From: Octopus sinensis
Taxonomy: Eukaryota
Assembly: GCF_006345805.1 (NCBI RefSeq)
Contig: NC_043004.1
Coordinates: 93,310,001 to 93,374,000, forward strand
Length of the DNA: 64,000 bases
Reading direction: 5' to 3'
Translations under genes and position numbers: made by a program
Part shown: piece after piece, positions 12,443 through 26,473 of the stretch
Layout of the letters: every line of letters starts with the position of its first letter
Numbering within the stretch: the stretch's first letter is position 1
Notes under the pieces: generated by a model
Seen by the model: the letters and a program-made list of their open reading frames with translations, nothing else
Databases searched by the model: none
Told to the model about the DNA's origin: nothing

Positions 12443-13565
12443 ATAATTGTTTCTAATTTAAGACCAAGGTAAGCAGTTTTTATGGGAGGGCATTAGTCTA
12501 TACCATTGACCCCCACCCCAACACCTGACTGGTGCTTTATTTTATCATCCCTGAAAAGATGAAAGGCAAAGTTGGCTTTAGTGGGATTTGAACTCAGAAC
12601 ATAAGGCGCCATATGAAAAAAAAAATGAACAAAATAGATAGGTGCAGGAATGGCTGTGTGGTAAGCAGCTTGCTTACCAACCATGGTTCTGGGTTCAGTC
12701 CCACTGTGTGGCACCTTGGACAAGTGTCTTCTACTATAGCCTCAGGCCGGTCAAAGCCTTGTGAGTGGGTTTGGTAGACGGAAACGGAAAGAAGCCTGTC
12801 GTGTATGTGTGTGTGTGTGTGTGTGTGTATGTGTGTCTGTGTTTGTCCCCCAACTGTCACTTGACAACCAATGTTGGTGTGTTTACGTCCCCGTCACTTA
12901 GCGGTTCGGCAAAAGAGACCGATAGAATAAGTACTAGGCTTACAAAGAATAAGTCCTGGGGTCGATGTCCTCGACTTAAAAAGGCGGTGCTCCAGCATGG
13001 CCACAGTCAAATGACTGAAACAAATAAAAGAATAAAAGAATAAATAAATTAAAATATATTGTTTGCATGAAAAAAGTAATTGAAATTTTCCTCTCCTACA
13101 TATATAAATGATACAAAGGAAAGATAATTGTTCACAAACAAAGGCCATGCTATAGTTGAAAAGAGTTCATTCAAGCTGAGTGGTATCTGATTCTAAATTC
13201 TATAGAATGATAGAATAATTGTAAGGTAATTCTTCTCACTCTGTAGTCCTTATATTTATGCATAAAAACAAATGAAACAATAGACCATGTTCATCATTAA
13301 ATTAAATTCATTTCAGTATTTAGGTATTTAATGAGTGTTAGCATGGCTACGTGACTAACAAATTCATTTTGCAACAGTGGGTCTCTGAGTTCAATCCCAT
13401 TGCACAGCACCTTGGACAAGTGTCTTCAGCTGTGTGTATGCACGTGCACACACACACACATACACGCACATATGTATACATGTATGTCCTGACATCATAC
13501 AATAACTGTAAATGTAAGATGATAAAAACTGTGAAAGTCCCTCCCCTCTCTCTGTATGTATGTAT

Positions 13566-13598
<33 letters not shown>

Positions 13599-14099
13599 CA
13601 AAGGAATTTATATGTAATGGCCATTATTTTTAACTTGTCTCTTATATATCACTTTGTAAAAACCAGTTTATCTGAGGCCCATCCATGGATTTACAATATA
13701 GAATTGTGATGAACCATAATTTGGGACCCTACCAAAAGATTACTTGGAGTTTTTTTTGTTATCCTGGTGTACCTACAGAGAGCTCATGAAGTATTTTGCT
13801 TGGATTGATAATTCTTCACTATTTGTTCTCATCATCATCATCATCATTTAATGTCCGCTTTCCATGCTAGAATAGGTTGGACGATTTGACTGAGGACTGG
13901 CGAACCAGACTACAATCTGATCTGGCAGAGTTTCTACAGCTGGATGCCCTTCCTAACGCCAACCACTCCGAGAGTGTAGTGGGTGCTTTTACATGCCACC
14001 GGCATGAGGGCCAGTCAAGTGGCACTGGCGATGACCTCGCTCGAATGTTTCACATGCCACCAGCACAAGTGCTAGTAAGGTGACGCGGTAACGATCACG

Positions 14100-14690
14100 T
14101 TCGAATGGTGTGCTTAACGTGCCATCGGCATGAAGGCCATCTTTGTGGCACGTGGCACATAAGAAAACCATCCGAACGTGGCCGTAGCCAGTACCGCATC
14201 GACTGGCCTCCGTGCTGTGGGCACGTAACAAGCACCATCCGATCGTGGCCGTTTGCCAGCCTCATAAAAACACCATCCGAGCGTGGCCGTCTGCCAGCCT
14301 CGTCTGGCACCTGTGTCGGTGGCACATAAAAACACCATCCGAGCGTGGCCGTCTGCCAGCCTCGTCTGGCACCTGTGTCGGTGGCACATAAAAAACACCA
14401 TCCGAGCGTGGCCGTCTGCCAGCCTCGTCTGGCACCTGTGTCGGTGGCACATAAAAAACACCATCCGAGCGTGGCCGTTTGCCAGCCTCGTCTGGCACCT
14501 GTGTCGGTGGCACATAAAATCACCCACTACACTCTCGGAGTGGTTGGCGTTAGGAAGGGCATCCAGCTGTAGAAACACTGCCAGATCTGACTGGACTGGT
14601 GCAGCTTTCGGGCTCCCCAGACCCCAGTTGAACCGTCCAACCCATGCTAGCATGGAAAGCGGACGTTAATTGATGATGATGATGATGATA
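14100..14690 (+). mobile_element. RTE-tailed short element family C ((GAT)n tail) with an internal tandem array
   Basis: ...GGAGTGGTTGGCGTTAGGAAGGGCATCCAGC...CGGACGTTAAACGATGATG. Copies at 4045-4205, 21840-22275, 27615-27990, 35520-35800 and 38200-38495 (+), and 4590-4990, 13830-14100, 31365-31830 and 37450-37740 (-). Confidence 0.82.
14266..14520 (+). repeat. Four tandem copies of a 62-63-bp unit
   Basis: CACCATCCGAGCGTGGCC begins at 14271, 14333, 14396 and 14459. Confidence 0.92.
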
Positions 14691-16698
14691 TATATGGTTA
14701 AGGCAAGTGTCTTTTGCTGCTACCTCAGGTTGTCCAAAGCATCCAGCCATAAAAAAAATCTGCCACACAAAAAGCACTAAACACACACACACACATGTAC
14801 ACATGTATGTGTATGTGTGTGTAAGTAGTGTTGTTAGTAAGTTTGCTTCACAATCATGTGGTTTCAGGTTCAGTTCCACTGCATGGTACTCCGGGCTAGT
14901 GTCTAGTGTCTTCACCAGTGATATTGTGAGTGAACAAACAAAAGGAAGTTGAGAGAAATTTAGCAGAAGATAATCAATAATAGCAATAACTTATTGATGT
15001 TATTGATTAACCTCAGTAAGTGATTGGACATACTCGATAGTGCATAATGGCACAAGAGTGTCTGGTTGAAGAGTATTTGATCATTTCTACCCATCTCCAT
15101 CTACCATCACATCTCCAATGTGGAGCATGTTGACCTTAGATGTAACACTTAAGACCTGTTTGTGATTCCTCCACCTCAGCTTGTAAAGGGAGATCTTACA
15201 TCTATATTGATTAGGTGTAGACGCTACATGTAAGTTCTCAAGCTGATTTATATCCAATACCTTGTCAATAAACACACCCATCTGCTGTTTGTGAGTGACC
15301 CACAAATCTTGTACATGTAATTTGAATTAAATTTCAGTGTATGATTAACATTGACAGACATACAGGCGCAGGAGTGGCTGTGTGGTAAGTAGCTTGCTAA
15401 CCAACCACATGGTTCTGGGTTCCGTCCCATTGCGTGGCATCTTGGGCAAGTGTCTTCTGCTATAGCCCCGGGCCAACCAATGCCTTGTGAATGGATTTGG
15501 TAGACGGAAACTGAAAGAAGCCTGTCGTATATATGTATATATATATATATGTATGTGTGTGTTTGTGTGCCTGTGTTTGTCCCCCCAACATCGCTTGACA
15601 ACTGATGCTGGTGTGTTTACGTTCCCGTCACTTAGCAGTTCGGCAAAAGAGACCGATAGAATAAGTACTGGGCTTACAAAGAATAAGTCCCGGGGTCGAT
15701 TTGCTCGACTAAAGGTGGTGCTCCAGCATGACCGCAGTCAAATGACTGAAACAAGTAAAGAGTAATACTGTTGTAAGTGTTAAGACTATACAAACTTGGA
15801 CACTCTCTTTACTCATTACTCTTTTACTTGTTTCAGTCATTTTGACTGCGGCCATGCTGGAGCACCGCCTTTAGTTGAGCAAATTGACCCCGGAACTTAT
15901 TCTTTTGTAAGCCCAGTACTTATTCTATCAGTCTCTTTTGCCGAACCGCTAACTAACGGGGACATAAACACACCAGCATCGGTTGTCAAGCAATGCTAGG
16001 GGGACAAACACAGACACACACACGCATGGAGCCTGGAGCAGCCCCTGGCTCCCCAGACCCCGGTCGAACCGTCCAACCCATGCTAGCGCGGAAAACGGAC
16101 GTTAAACGATGATGATGATGATATATATATATATACGACGGGCTTCTTTTCAGTTTCCATCTACCAAATCCACTCACAAAGCTTTGGTCGGCCCGAGGCT
16201 GTAGTAGAAGACACTTGCCCAAGGTGCCATGCAGTGTGACTGAACCCAGAACCATGTGGTTGGTAAACAAGCTACTTACCACACAGCTACTCCTTCGACA
16301 TTTTGCTGATATGATTGTTTATTTTGAGAATGATATAGGGTAGGTGTGTGAGGCCAGATCTAGCAGATTTGTGCATAAACCAAGTAGAATATTTGGGTTG
16401 GATGCAACCAGTTTAAATGCTAAAGGGTTAAGGAACTACATTGATGCTCTGTTGATGGTTCATAGTGTCCGTATTATGAAGATAATGTGGATCTTGTGAA
16501 AAAATTTAGCTATTATGTGGGATATGTTAAGGAACAGTGGCTGTGTGGTGAGTAGCTTGTTTACCAACCACATGGTTCCAGGTTCAGTCCCACTGCGTGG
16601 CACCTTGGGCAAGTTTCTTCTACTATAGCCTCGGGCTGACCAAAGCCTTGTGAGTGAATTTGGTAGACGGAAACTGAAAGAAGCCCGTCGTATATATG

Positions 16699-16766
<68 letters not shown>

Positions 16767-17135
16767 GCGTGTGTGTGTTTATGTATCTGTGTTTGTCCCC
16801 CTATCATTGCTTGACAACCAATGCTGGTGTGTTTATGTCCCCATTTCTTAGCGGTTCGGCAAAAGAGACCGATAGAATATGTACTGGGCTTACAAAAAAA
16901 GAATAAGTCCCAGTGTCGAGTTGCTTGATTAAAGGCGGTGCTCCAGCACGGCCGCAGTCAAATGACTGAAACAAGTAAAAGAGTAAGAGTAAAGAGTAAG
17001 ATGTTTTGGTGGTTTGTGTGCCCCCTCCCTGCTATAAACATTTGAGGATTTTAGCTGCTACTTTGAGCAGGTTCATTGACCATGTAGAAGCTTTCTGACT
17101 GCAATTTTTTTTCTACATTCTTCTGTCTGTTACAG

Positions 17136-17237
17136 GATTCTAGAAATGAAGCTCTGTCTGTATTTACATCTTACCTGTGTAATTTTACAGAGATGCTGCT
17201 ATCTTTGAGTGAAGCTAAGCTACCAACTGAAGTTGAA
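17136..17237 (+). CDS. C9orf72: C9orf72 coding exon 2 (DSRNEALSVFTSYLCNFTEMLLSLSEAKLPTEVE)
   Basis: TTACAG acceptor and GTAAGT donor; 102 nt in frame; resembles human VMELLSSMKSHSVPEEID. Confidence 0.88.
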
Positions 17238-17439
17238 GTAAGTAAAACAAGTTCTATGTTTTTAGTGTGTGTGTGTGTGCATGTGTGTGTAAGATATGTG
17301 TTTATCTCCACATAGGTACAAGGTGTGGTTCTGTGGTTGAGAGGTTTGCTTCCCAACCATATGGTTTTAGGTTCAGTCCCATTGCTTGGCACATTAGTGT
17401 CTTCTGCTATGGCCCTCTGAATGGATTTAGTGGTAATGA

Positions 17440-17660
17440 TGATAGGTCATGTGATGCAGATGGATGCCAACAGCTCCATAAAGAAGTGCCATTCTCTCAA
17501 AGTGGATGGAACACGTGGAAGTGAGAGACCCAGGAAGACATGGGATGAAGTACTGAAGAACAATCTCGGGACACTGAATCTTTCAGGTGAGATAATGAAG
17601 AACCAAGATACCTGGTGCCTTGCTGTACTCAAGAAAATCTGTACTCTACAGCAGAATTGT
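17440..17660 (+). mobile_element. RTE-type LINE fragment
   Basis: GHVMQM...GTRGSERPRKTWDEVLKNNL. Confidence 0.72.
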
Positions 17661-19094
17661 TAAGACTGATCGTTCTAGTGGTGTAAAGCACTCGTCATGG
17701 TGACATGTAAAAGCTCCATGGGGTTCCACATAAAAACACTCGTGCGGTGCCACACAAAAGCATCCAGCATGAACAAAATAAATAGGTGCAGGAGGGGCTG
17801 TGTGGTAAGTATTAGGAAGGACATCCAGCTGTAGAAACGATGCCAAATCAGACTGGAGTCTGGTACAGTTCCCCAGTTGGTCAGCTCTGGTCAAATTGTC
17901 CAACCCATGCCAGCATGGACAACAGATATTAAATGATGATGATGATGTGTCTATGTGAGTATATGACTGTTTCCTTGTCTTGTTTATATTGCGTGATTGT
18001 TGTAAATCAACGTCATTCATTTCCAATATTTGTGCAGCTGGATGTAGAAAATTCATCACTTTTTAATATAAAAAATGTAATAGTTTTTGTGATATTAAAT
18101 GGCTAATGCAATCACTCTGTAATGTACTTGTTATACCTAAACACACACACACACACACACATATGTATAAATGAAAGAAAATGATGCAGGTTATGCATAG
18201 AAGGGCCACATATTGAAAAGCTCTCACAATCAGAGGTTGTTATCAAATGCCAGTACTTTCATAAATACCTTCTAAAATAGTAGTAAGCATAGTATATCTA
18301 GTATATGCATTATCCTTTTTTTAAGTCTATAGTGTGTGCTCTGAAGGAAATTTAACTGCTGTTATGTATCCTTATCTCAGCTGTGATCACCAGGCCTATG
18401 ATTAAATGTATTCCATCCATGACCATCACATATTTTATTCAGATACAAGTTAGTCTCCAATATAGCCTGAGTGAGAATTAGCTGATATTTCAAGCAGATC
18501 TAGTAACTACATTGAGGTTCACTTGTTGGCTTGTTGTAAATTAGATTTAAACATACAATATCTACATCTATCTATATATCTATCTGCGTTTCGATTTACC
18601 CAACTCGTCCATCCATACATCCACCCACCCTTCTTCTCTCCCTCTATCCATTGATCCATCCAGTCTATACAGTGTGGTAAGATGCTTGCTTTCTAACCAC
18701 ATGGTCTATGTTCAGTCCCAGTGCATGGCACCTCGAGCAAGTGTCTTCTACTATAGCCTCAGGCCACCCAAAGCCTTGTGAGTGGATTTAGCAGATAGAA
18801 ACCAAAAGAAGCCCATCATATATATATATATATATATATGTATATGTTAAAAAATACAAACTAGGACAAGAACACAAAACATTTAGAAGACGATACAAAA
18901 AACACGGACGGGACATTCAAAGCCTTCAATCTTCAGTCAAGAACCAGATCATCCTCGCAATTTTGGCTGATTAATCTTGATATATATCATCATCATCATC
19001 GTTTAACGTCCACTTTCCATGCTAGCATGGGTTGGACGGTTCCACTGGGGTCTGGGAAGCCCGAAGGCTGCACCAGGTATATATATATATAAAT

Positions 19095-19885
19095 TTATTA
19101 AAATGGCTATTTGCAGTTTACAACAGGAAGGCAACAAATATAGTCGTGACTAAAGTGAGCACCAGCATGACTAGTCAGCACCAGCTTTGCTAGAAATAAG
19201 AGTCAAAACAACTCTTAGTCATGTGAGAACACTTTTCTAACAACTGACAAGGTCCAGACAAGCTCTCTATGGCAAGCGAAATGGAGTCATATCAGTGCTG
19301 ATTTCAGATTTGATTAATCTTCATCAGTGACCCAATACTCTGTCGCTGAGGGTTAAAGAACCTGACATACCTTGTTAGTCTTATAGAGAACACCATAGGA
19401 AACATTGACTGATTCCAAAAATGGTGAAGTGAGAATCATAAATTATTAAGGTGGGTATTCATAATTTACAGCCATGGCAACAAATTTAGTTGTCACTAAA
19501 GTGGCGGATGATGCTAGTGAGTACCAGCATTGCTAGAAATGAGAGACAAAACAGCTCTTAGCCATGTGAAAGCATTTTTCTAATGGCTGGGAAGGGAAAC
19601 GCGCTCCCTCCCAACCACAAATGTGATGGAGTCATATTAGTGCTGATTTCAGATTTAATTAATCTTCATCAGTGACCCAATACTTTGTTGCCAAGGGTTA
19701 AAGAACCTAACTCACCCTGTCAGTCTTATAGAGATCACCATAGGAAACATTGACTGATTCTGAAAATAGTAAAGTGAGAATTATTAATTATTAAGGTGGC
19801 TATTCGCAATTTACAACCGAAAGGCAACAAAGTGGTGCAGGGTGCTAGTTAGGTGCTAGTCAGTACCAGTATTGCTTGAAATAAA
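19095..19885. repeat. Diverged tandem repeat, unit about 345-348 bp, about 2.3 copies
   Basis: Unit starts at about 19095, 19443 and 19788; the third copy resumes at about 20215 after a LINE fragment. Confidence 0.8.
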
Positions 19886-20215
19886 AAAAAAAAATAATAA
19901 TGAAATTATTGTATACAGTGCTCAGGTGCACCACAACTTGTCAAAAGTGCATATAAAGCATATGCAGTAATGTACAAATGTCTGGGAAGTGAACAGTGCA
20001 CGAGTCAGATACATGCTTGCGTATGTATGGAGGGGAGAAAATCAGGTATAGTGTTGGCGAATCTCAGGCAGCAGAGAAGTTTTGAAGGATGCAGTGCTCC
20101 GACAACTAACAACTGATGCCAGCAGTTTGTTTCATACGTCAGCAACTCTCAGTGTGAAAAAATGTTTCCGAAAGTCATGAGAGCTGTGCTGTTTTCTGAC
20201 TTAGTAAACATGTCA
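19885..20215 (-). mobile_element. CR1/L2-type LINE 3' fragment, same family as 36040
   Basis: Reverse-complement similarity to about 36320-36615. Confidence 0.75.
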
Positions 20216-20613
20216 AAACATCTCTTAGCCACATGAGAGCATTTGTGTGTGTGTCTGTGTTTGTACCCCACCATCGCTTGACAATGGATATTGGTGTATT
20301 TATGTCCCTATAATTCAGTTGTTTTGGCAAAAGAGACCAATAAAATAAATACCAGGTTTAAAAAAAGAACTGGGGCTGATTCATTGGGCAAAACATTCTT
20401 CAAGGCAAGTGCCTCAGCATGGTTGCAGTCTAATGACTAAGACAAGTAAACGACAAAGGAGTGGCTGTGTGGTAAGTAGCTTGCTTACCAACCACATGGT
20501 TCCGGGTTCAGTCCCACTGTGTGGCACCTTGGACAAGTGTCTTCTACTATAGCCTTGGGCCAACCAAAGCCTTGTGAGTAGATTTGGTAGACGGAAACTG
20601 AAAGAAGCCCGTC

Positions 20614-20675
<62 letters not shown>

Positions 20676-22982
20676 TTGTCCCCTCCCACTGTCACTTGAC
20701 AACCGATGCTGGTGTATTTATGTCCCCGTCACTTAGCAGTTCGGCAAAAGAGACCGATAGAATAAGTTCTAGGCTTACAAAGAATAAGTCCCGGGGTCGA
20801 TTTGCTCGATTAAAGGTGGTGCTCCAGCATGGCTGCAGTGAAATGACTGAAACAAGTAAAAAAAACAAACCAAAAAAACACTGGTTTGTGGCCATGTTAG
20901 AACACCATCTTGAAGTCTTCGGTCAATCATATTGATTCTAGTATTTATTTCAGTTTGCTACTTATTTTATTGATTTCTGTTTTTTGATTAGCTAAGTTAC
21001 ACAACATAAACACAAAACCATGTATGTATTTATTTCAGGCATCCACTCAGTTTCAGTCTAACAAATTCCACTTAAACGGTATTGATCAACATGGAAGTGT
21101 GGCACAAGACCATTGCCTGTGGTGCCATGCTTAGAATTGAACTCAGAAATGTGTATTTGTGAAGCAGACATCTTAACTACATACTTATGTACATATATAC
21201 GCATATACACACACCTGTATATCATTATCATATATCACCATCATTGTCATTGCTTTAATGTTCATTTTTCCATGCTAGCATGGGTTGGATGGTGCATGTT
21301 GCTGCAGATTTTCTATGGCTGGATGGCCTTCCTGATGCCAACACTCACTTGTTTCTGAGCAAGGTAATATTTCCCCATGAGCAGACATGTTTTCATGGAA
21401 GATTGGAAATGAAGGGCACCACTTGCATGACAGTGGCATTCATTCACAACTAACATATGATGTCAAGTCAAGGCAACACAAACTCTTTCTCACTCTCACA
21501 CACACATATTAGCAATATGTGTATCATACTTAAAGCATATGTGCTGATGAAAGCCTTCTAAATTGCAGTGTTTGTCTTTAAAAAGCATCCCTTATAGATG
21601 TATAGTGTTAAAAACACAAATATATCAACAACAGGCAAAATCCATCAACCAGCAGTGATGTCATTACTAAATCCAAATTTCTGCTTTTTTGAGGTTTCAT
21701 CAGTAGCAAGTATCCACTGTCGCTGCTTGCCAAACATAAATTGGCTGCTAGCTGATATAGTTTAATAGAGATTAAAAGGTCATAGATGTCACACTTAGCC
21801 AGCAGACTGGATAAAAACCTAAATCCAGAACCATGTAGTTGGAAGGCAAACTAGGTGAGTTCATGGTTTGCAGGACGGCCTGCTGTGCTAACCTTGGATC
21901 GTAGAGTGACCCGCTGTTCTTGAGGAGACCTATTGAATCAAGTACGTCAACATCAAAATAAAAATCAAATGGAAATTGTAGTTAAGATATCCGTGCTGGT
22001 GGCACATAAAAACACCTTCCGAACGTAGCTGATGCCAGCGCCGCCTGACTGGTATAAGCACCAACTGATTGTGGCCGTTTGCCAGCCTCCTCTGGCCCCT
22101 ATGCCGGTGGTACGTAAAAAGCACCCACGACACTCACGGAGTGGTTGGCATTAGGAAGGGCATCCAAATCAGACTGGGGACTGCACAGCCTCCTGGCTTC
22201 TCAGACCCCAGTCGAACCGTCCAACCCATGCTAGCATGGAAAACGGACGTTAAACAATGATGATGATGATGATGATACACCTGCCCCTCTCATAATTCCT
22301 TGTCTTGCGAGTTACTTAGTGACCCTGGCAGTGCTGGTGCCACGTAAAAAGCATCCAGTTCACACTGTAAAGTGGTTGTCATTTGGAAGGGCATCCAGCT
22401 GTAAAAATCCTGCCCAAACTAACCTCACATGTGCTGGTGCCATGTAAAAAGCATTGACTCCATTCTGCAGAGTGGTTGGTTTTAGGAAGGGCATACAGCC
22501 ATAAAAACCCTGCCAAAACAGATACAGTAGCATATCTTTTCCATTTTGCATTTATGTGCTCACCTGTGTATTTATATATATCATCATTATTATTTAAAAC
22601 AGTTTGATTTGACCAGGTGCAACTTCAGGTTTCATAGGCTTCATATAGCAACACTGCTTTAAATAATATATGTAACTCCTAAATGTGTTGAGTGCCTTTT
22701 GCTTTAATTTGTCCACTCACCTGTATACACATATGTACATACACACATATATATATATATAGCTGATATATCAGATAATCTTCATCACAAATTGATGTTA
22801 CCTGTCACTCTATTGATTAATTGATTAAGTGTATATAGAAGCTGATGACTCTCACGTATTGATTGTTAGAGACACAGTGTTATGAATGAATTGATTTTCA
22901 TCATTGAAGAGACTGGTGTTTTATGGTTGCAGGTAGGACTTGATTCATGTGATGTGACATCACCTGTTCACTTTATTTCTGT

Positions 22983-23027
<45 letters not shown>

Positions 23028-23040
23028 ATATATATATATA

Positions 23041-23118
<78 letters not shown>

Positions 23119-25299
23119 TTATATATATTTATAAATATATATATATATATATGTGTGTGTATGTGTCTGTGTGTGTAGTTGTGTGAGTGTGAGGAGGGTG
23201 TGTAGCCATGGTTACATTGACATCAGAGCAGGCTGGAACAGAATGGAACACTAGTTTGCCAAACTGTTGTGTTATGGTTTGGAATAGTGATCCCCCCCCC
23301 TTTTGGTGGTTGTGTTAGTGGTGGTGGTGGTGGTTGGGGGGTGGGGGTTGTTTAGTACCTAGTGAGAGAAAATGAAGGCGGTGAGTGGGTGGGGGGATAT
23401 TTGTATGCTGTGTCTGTTGAGTTAAATATTGTGGAGATTTCCTGAGTCGAGGAAAAATGATACAAGATTGAAGTTTAATTGATTTCCTTTTACTATCTCC
23501 CCCCCACCCCTTACTGCCACCTATTCTACCATCATCAGAGCTGTGTGTGCTGTCAATCGCTATTGACCCCCTCCCCCACATCCCACTGTGCTTTCTCCAT
23601 AGTGGTGGCTTACAGCATAACAAAGAGAGTGTATATTCAGAGGTAACAATAATAATGTTGATAAATCCTCCTCCTCCTTCCACCATTACTACCTCTATTA
23701 CTACAACTACTACTAAACTGTTGCTACTAATGGTTTCGAATTTCAGTATGAAGCCAGCAATTTTGATGTGAAGGGGAGAGTTGATTGTATCAACGTCAGT
23801 ACTTGACTGGTCCTTTATTTTATTGACCCTTAAAAAAGATGAAAGGCCAGGTTGACCTCTGTAGCATTTGAACTCAAAATATTATTATTATTATTATTTT
23901 ATAGGCAGGGAGCTGGCAGTAATGTTAGCACTCTGGGCGAAATGCTTAGTAGTATTTCGTCTGTCTTTATGTTCTGAGTTCAAATTCCGCTGAGGTCGCC
24001 TTTGCCTTTCAACCATTTAGGGTTTTTAAATTAAGCACCAGTTGCATATTGGGGTCATTCTAATCGACTGCCCTCCCCTCACAAAATTTTGGGCCTTGTG
24101 CCTAGAGTAGAAAAAAAAAATTATTATTATTTTATAATTGTTATGGTGGTGAGCTCGCAGAAACGTTAGCACACTGGATGAAATGTTTAACGGTATTTTG
24201 TCTGTCATTCCATTCTGAGTTCTAATTCTGCCGAGATCGACTTTGCCTATCATCCTTTCAGGGATGCTAGCGATTCTGCCAGCTCACCACCTTAATAATA
24301 ATAGTATTCCTTTCTGCTATAGGCACAAGGCTTGAAATTTGGTGGGGGAGGGGATAGCTGATTAACTCGACCCCTAGTACGTAACCGGCACTTATTACAT
24401 CGATGATGAAAGGCAAAGTTGACCTCAGCAGAGTTTGAACTCAGAATGTTAAGACAGATGAAACACTGTTACGCATTTCTCCTAGTATGCTAATGATCCT
24501 ACCAGCTCACCACCTTAGTAATGATGATAATAATCAGCGGCAAGCTGGCAGAAACGTTAGCACACCGGGCAAAATGCGTAGCCGTATTTCGTCTGCTGTT
24601 ATGTTCTGAGTTCAAATTCCGCCAAGGTCGACTTTGCCTTTCATCCTTTCGGGGTCGATAAATTAAGTACCAGTTACGCACTGGGGGTCGATATAATCGA
24701 CTTAATCCGTTTGTCTGTCCTTGTTTATCCTCTCTGTGTTTAGCCCCTTGTGGGTAGTAAAGAAATAGATAATAATAATCATCATCATCGTCGTTTAGCG
24801 TCCGTTTTTTTCTACTAAAGGCACAAGGCCAGAAATTTTGGGGTGAGGGCTAGTCGATTATATTGACCCTAGTATGTAACTGGTATTTATTTTATTGAAC
24901 CTGGAAGGATGAAAAGCAAAGTCAACCTTGATGGAATGTGAACTCAGAATGTACAGATGGATGAAATGCTGCCTAGAATTTTGTCCAGCTGCTAATGATA
25001 TAATGATTTTGCCATTTCTCTGCCTTAATAATGATGATGATATTTTCAAATTTTGGCACAAGGCCAGCAAGTTCATGGGACAGGTAAATCGGTTACAGTG
25101 ACCCCAATACTAAACCAGTGCTTATTTTATCAACCCTGGAAAGATGAAAAACAAAATTGACTTTGGCAGAATTTGAACTCAGAGCATAAAGATGGATGAA
25201 CCATTACTTAGGATTTTGTTTGGTGTGTTAACAATTTTGCCAGCTTGCCACCTTAATGATAATAATGACAATAATGAGATGTTGGCCCCAAATGCAAGG

Positions 25300-25650
25300 T
25301 TAGAAAAGAATGAGACTGGTATACTCCACTCGATGTATAATGGAAGCGTACATGTTCAACAGAGTGCTAGTGTTTTGAGAGAGAGGTTAGGCATAAGAGG
25401 AATTAGTTGCCAAGTGCAAGCTAGAAGACTGCGCTTGTCTGGTCATGTGATGTGGATGGATGCTGACATCTCCATAAGGAAGTGCCAGTCTCTCAAAGTA
25501 GATGGGACAGGTGGAAGTTGGAGACCCAGGAAGACATGGGATAAAGTACTGAAGAACGACCTCAGGATGCTGGACCTTTCAGGCGAGATGACAAAGGAGC
25601 AAAATACCTGGCACCTTGCTGCACTCAAGAAGACCTATACTTTGTAGCAG
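25300..25650 (+). mobile_element. RTE-type LINE fragment
   Basis: RRLRLSGHVMWM...RPRKTWDKVLKNDL. Confidence 0.75.
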
Positions 25651-26344
25651 AAGTGTTAAGAGTGGTCCTTCTGGTGATGAAAAGCACTCGTGGTGCCGCA
25701 TTAAAGTGCTTGTGCAGTGCCATGTTATAGTGCCTTTGTGGTGTCACATAGAAGTGTCCATGTGGCGCCTTGTAAAAGTACCATGTGGTGCTATGTAAAA
25801 ATGCTTGTGTGGTGCCACGTAAAAGCACCCGACACACTGTAAAGTGGCTGGCGTTAGGAAGGGCATCCAGCCATAGAAACCATGTCAAATCAGACTTTTC
25901 TCATTTAACATACACATGCACCCATGCTAGTACCACATAAAAAAAAAAACATTCAGTACATTCTGTGGAGTGGTTGGCATTAGAAAGGGTATCCAGATGT
26001 AGAAACCGTGTCAGAACAGATAATGGAGCCTCTTGCAGCCCCTGGCCTTACCAGCTGTGGTCAAACTGTCCAACCCATGCCAGTATGTAAAACAGACGTT
26101 AATTGATGATGATGATTTGAATTTGCACTACTATTAGTTTCATGTCTCTGCGAATAGAATGATCAGACAAGCTTGTAGAGCATGCCTTGTATTTTCAGAC
26201 AATCATTCAGATTCCATCAGGATGGTGGTAATGATCTGAGTAAGGAATTGGTAAATTTGATGGTAGTTATTGATGATGATGAGGGTGGTTATGATAGTTA
26301 TTGTGATCATGATTTATTGTGTTCATTCTGTCCTCTTCCATCAG

Positions 26345-26473
26345 GTTGATGACAGCATCCTCTGCCCGTCTCACAGCATCGAAGAGGACTTCCTCCGGAC
26401 AATGATATCATCGCACCTTATGACCTTCGGCCGCAGCGTCGTCATTGGTAAACATATCAAGCAAGTCAATTTA
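26345..26473 (+). CDS. C9orf72: C9orf72 coding exon 3 (VDDSILCPSHSIEEDFLRTMISSHLMTFGRSVVIGKHIKQVNL)
   Basis: CATCAG acceptor and GTAAGT donor; 129 nt; matches human FLLNAISSHLQTCGCSVVVG. Confidence 0.92.

Noticed and set aside
14266-14520. Regularly spaced repeats resembling a CRISPR array
   Set aside because: The units are contiguous with no unique spacers, sit inside a eukaryotic retro-repeat, and no cas genes are present.
18905-18975. CUGAAGA on the minus strand in a Penelope-like terminal fragment as another hammerhead
   Set aside because: There is no GAAA core and no stem I pairing could be built.
23315-23771. ORFs of 123 and 74 aa
   Set aside because: Low-complexity G/T- and ACT-rich sequence with no splice or homology support.
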